A stretch of DNA of 64,000 bases from an uncultured Chloroflexia bacterium (GTDB lineage Bacteria > Chloroflexota > Limnocylindria > Limnocylindrales > CSP1-4), in assembly GCA_963752475.1 (NCBI GenBank), contig CAVVYR010000006.1:736001-800000 (forward strand), given 5' to 3'. Below the pieces are notes generated by a model. It made no database searches, was not told the origin of the DNA, and saw nothing but the letters and a program-made list of their open reading frames with translations. Shown in pieces: positions 63,438 to 64,000 of the stretch. Numbering within the stretch: the stretch's first letter is position 1; every line of letters starts with the position of its first letter. The position numbers and the translations under genes were made by a program.

Positions 63438-64000
63438 GTGACCGACACCATGCAGGCCCTCGTCGTCCTCGAGCCCGAGCGGTTCGAGATCCAGGAGGTG
63501 CCGGTGCCTGCGCCCGGGCCGATGGAGGTCCTCTGCCGGGTCAAGGCCGTGTCCATCTGCGGCACCGACTCGCACCTCATCGCGGGTGACTACCCGGGCT
63601 TCTGGCCGCCCGCGTTCCCGATCATCCCCGGCCACGAGTGGTCCGGCGAGATCGTCGAGCTCGGTCCCGGTGCCGAGAAGGCCGGCTGGAAGGTCGGCGA
63701 CCGCGTCGCGGGCACCAGCCACGATGCCTGCGGCGTCTGCCAGCAGTGCGTCGAGGGGCGCTACAACCTCTGCGAGAACTACGGCGTGATGGACCTCCAT
63801 CGCCAGTACGGCCACAACTACCAGGGTGCCGATGCCGAGTACGTGGTCCATGGCGTCAAGTGCATCTTCCCGCTGCCCGAGAGCGTGAGCTGGGAGGAGG
63901 GCGCCGTCATCGACCCCGCGTCGATCGCTCTGCACGTGGCGAACCGGGCCCAGATCCAGCCGGGGGACAACGTCGGCATCATGGGTGGTGGCGCCATCGG
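63438..64000 (+). CDS. Zinc-dependent alcohol/polyol dehydrogenase (partial, runs off the window)
   Basis: My translation: MQALVVLEP..., ICGTD, PGHEWSG, CGVCQQCVEGRYNLC, GGGAIG; GAAAGGAG SD before the GTG. Confidence 0.93.
   Translation, partial: MTDTMQALVVLEPERFEIQEVPVPAPGPMEVLCRVKAVSICGTDSHLIAGDYPGFWPPAFPIIPGHEWSGEIVELGPGAEKAGWKVGDRVAGTSHDACGVCQQCVEGRYNLCENYGVMDLHRQYGHNYQGADAEYVVHGVKCIFPLPESVSWEEGAVIDPASIALHVANRAQIQPGDNVGIMGGGAI

Overview
A gene-dense, GC-rich bacterial chromosomal segment with no rRNA, CRISPR array, integrase or transposase that I can see. Gene style (many apparently leaderless starts, an LPxT-type sorting tail) suggests a monoderm-like lineage such as Chloroflexota or Actinomycetota; that is inference only. 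It holds about 55 CDS and one tRNA-Lys(CTT). Housekeeping genes include aroF, pgm, carAB (with a tandem PyrR-type leader), ku, an M16 peptidase pair, an AcuC/HDAC-family deacetylase and an MscS channel. There are three ABC systems, a large repeat-rich surface protein, and a >16 kb divergent catabolic regulon running off the right edge (cupin, split transketolase, Liv-type ABC; PEP-utilising His-domain enzyme, GntR, HprK-like P-loop protein, xanthine-dehydrogenase-family molybdoenzyme, cyclase, Zn-dehydrogenase). Single-base indels break several genes (about 70, 9670, 10.7-14.2 kb, 19.8-21.5 kb, 61510) and look like sequencing or assembly errors. The best leads are: (1) Ku paired with an intact ORF for a catalytically dead ATP-dependent ligase domain carrying a beta-clamp-like motif; (2) the catabolic regulon, with a dikinase-like enzyme lacking its ATP-grasp domain next to an atypical HprK-like kinase; (3) a TetR-controlled small Cys/His protein whose 3' UTR folds into hairpins with anti-Shine-Dalgarno loops; (4) an orphan 671-aa protein with all four GT-A core motifs; (5) a CysRS-C-terminal-like domain fused to a degenerate glycosyltransferase. 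All functional calls come from motif recognition by eye; no searches were run.
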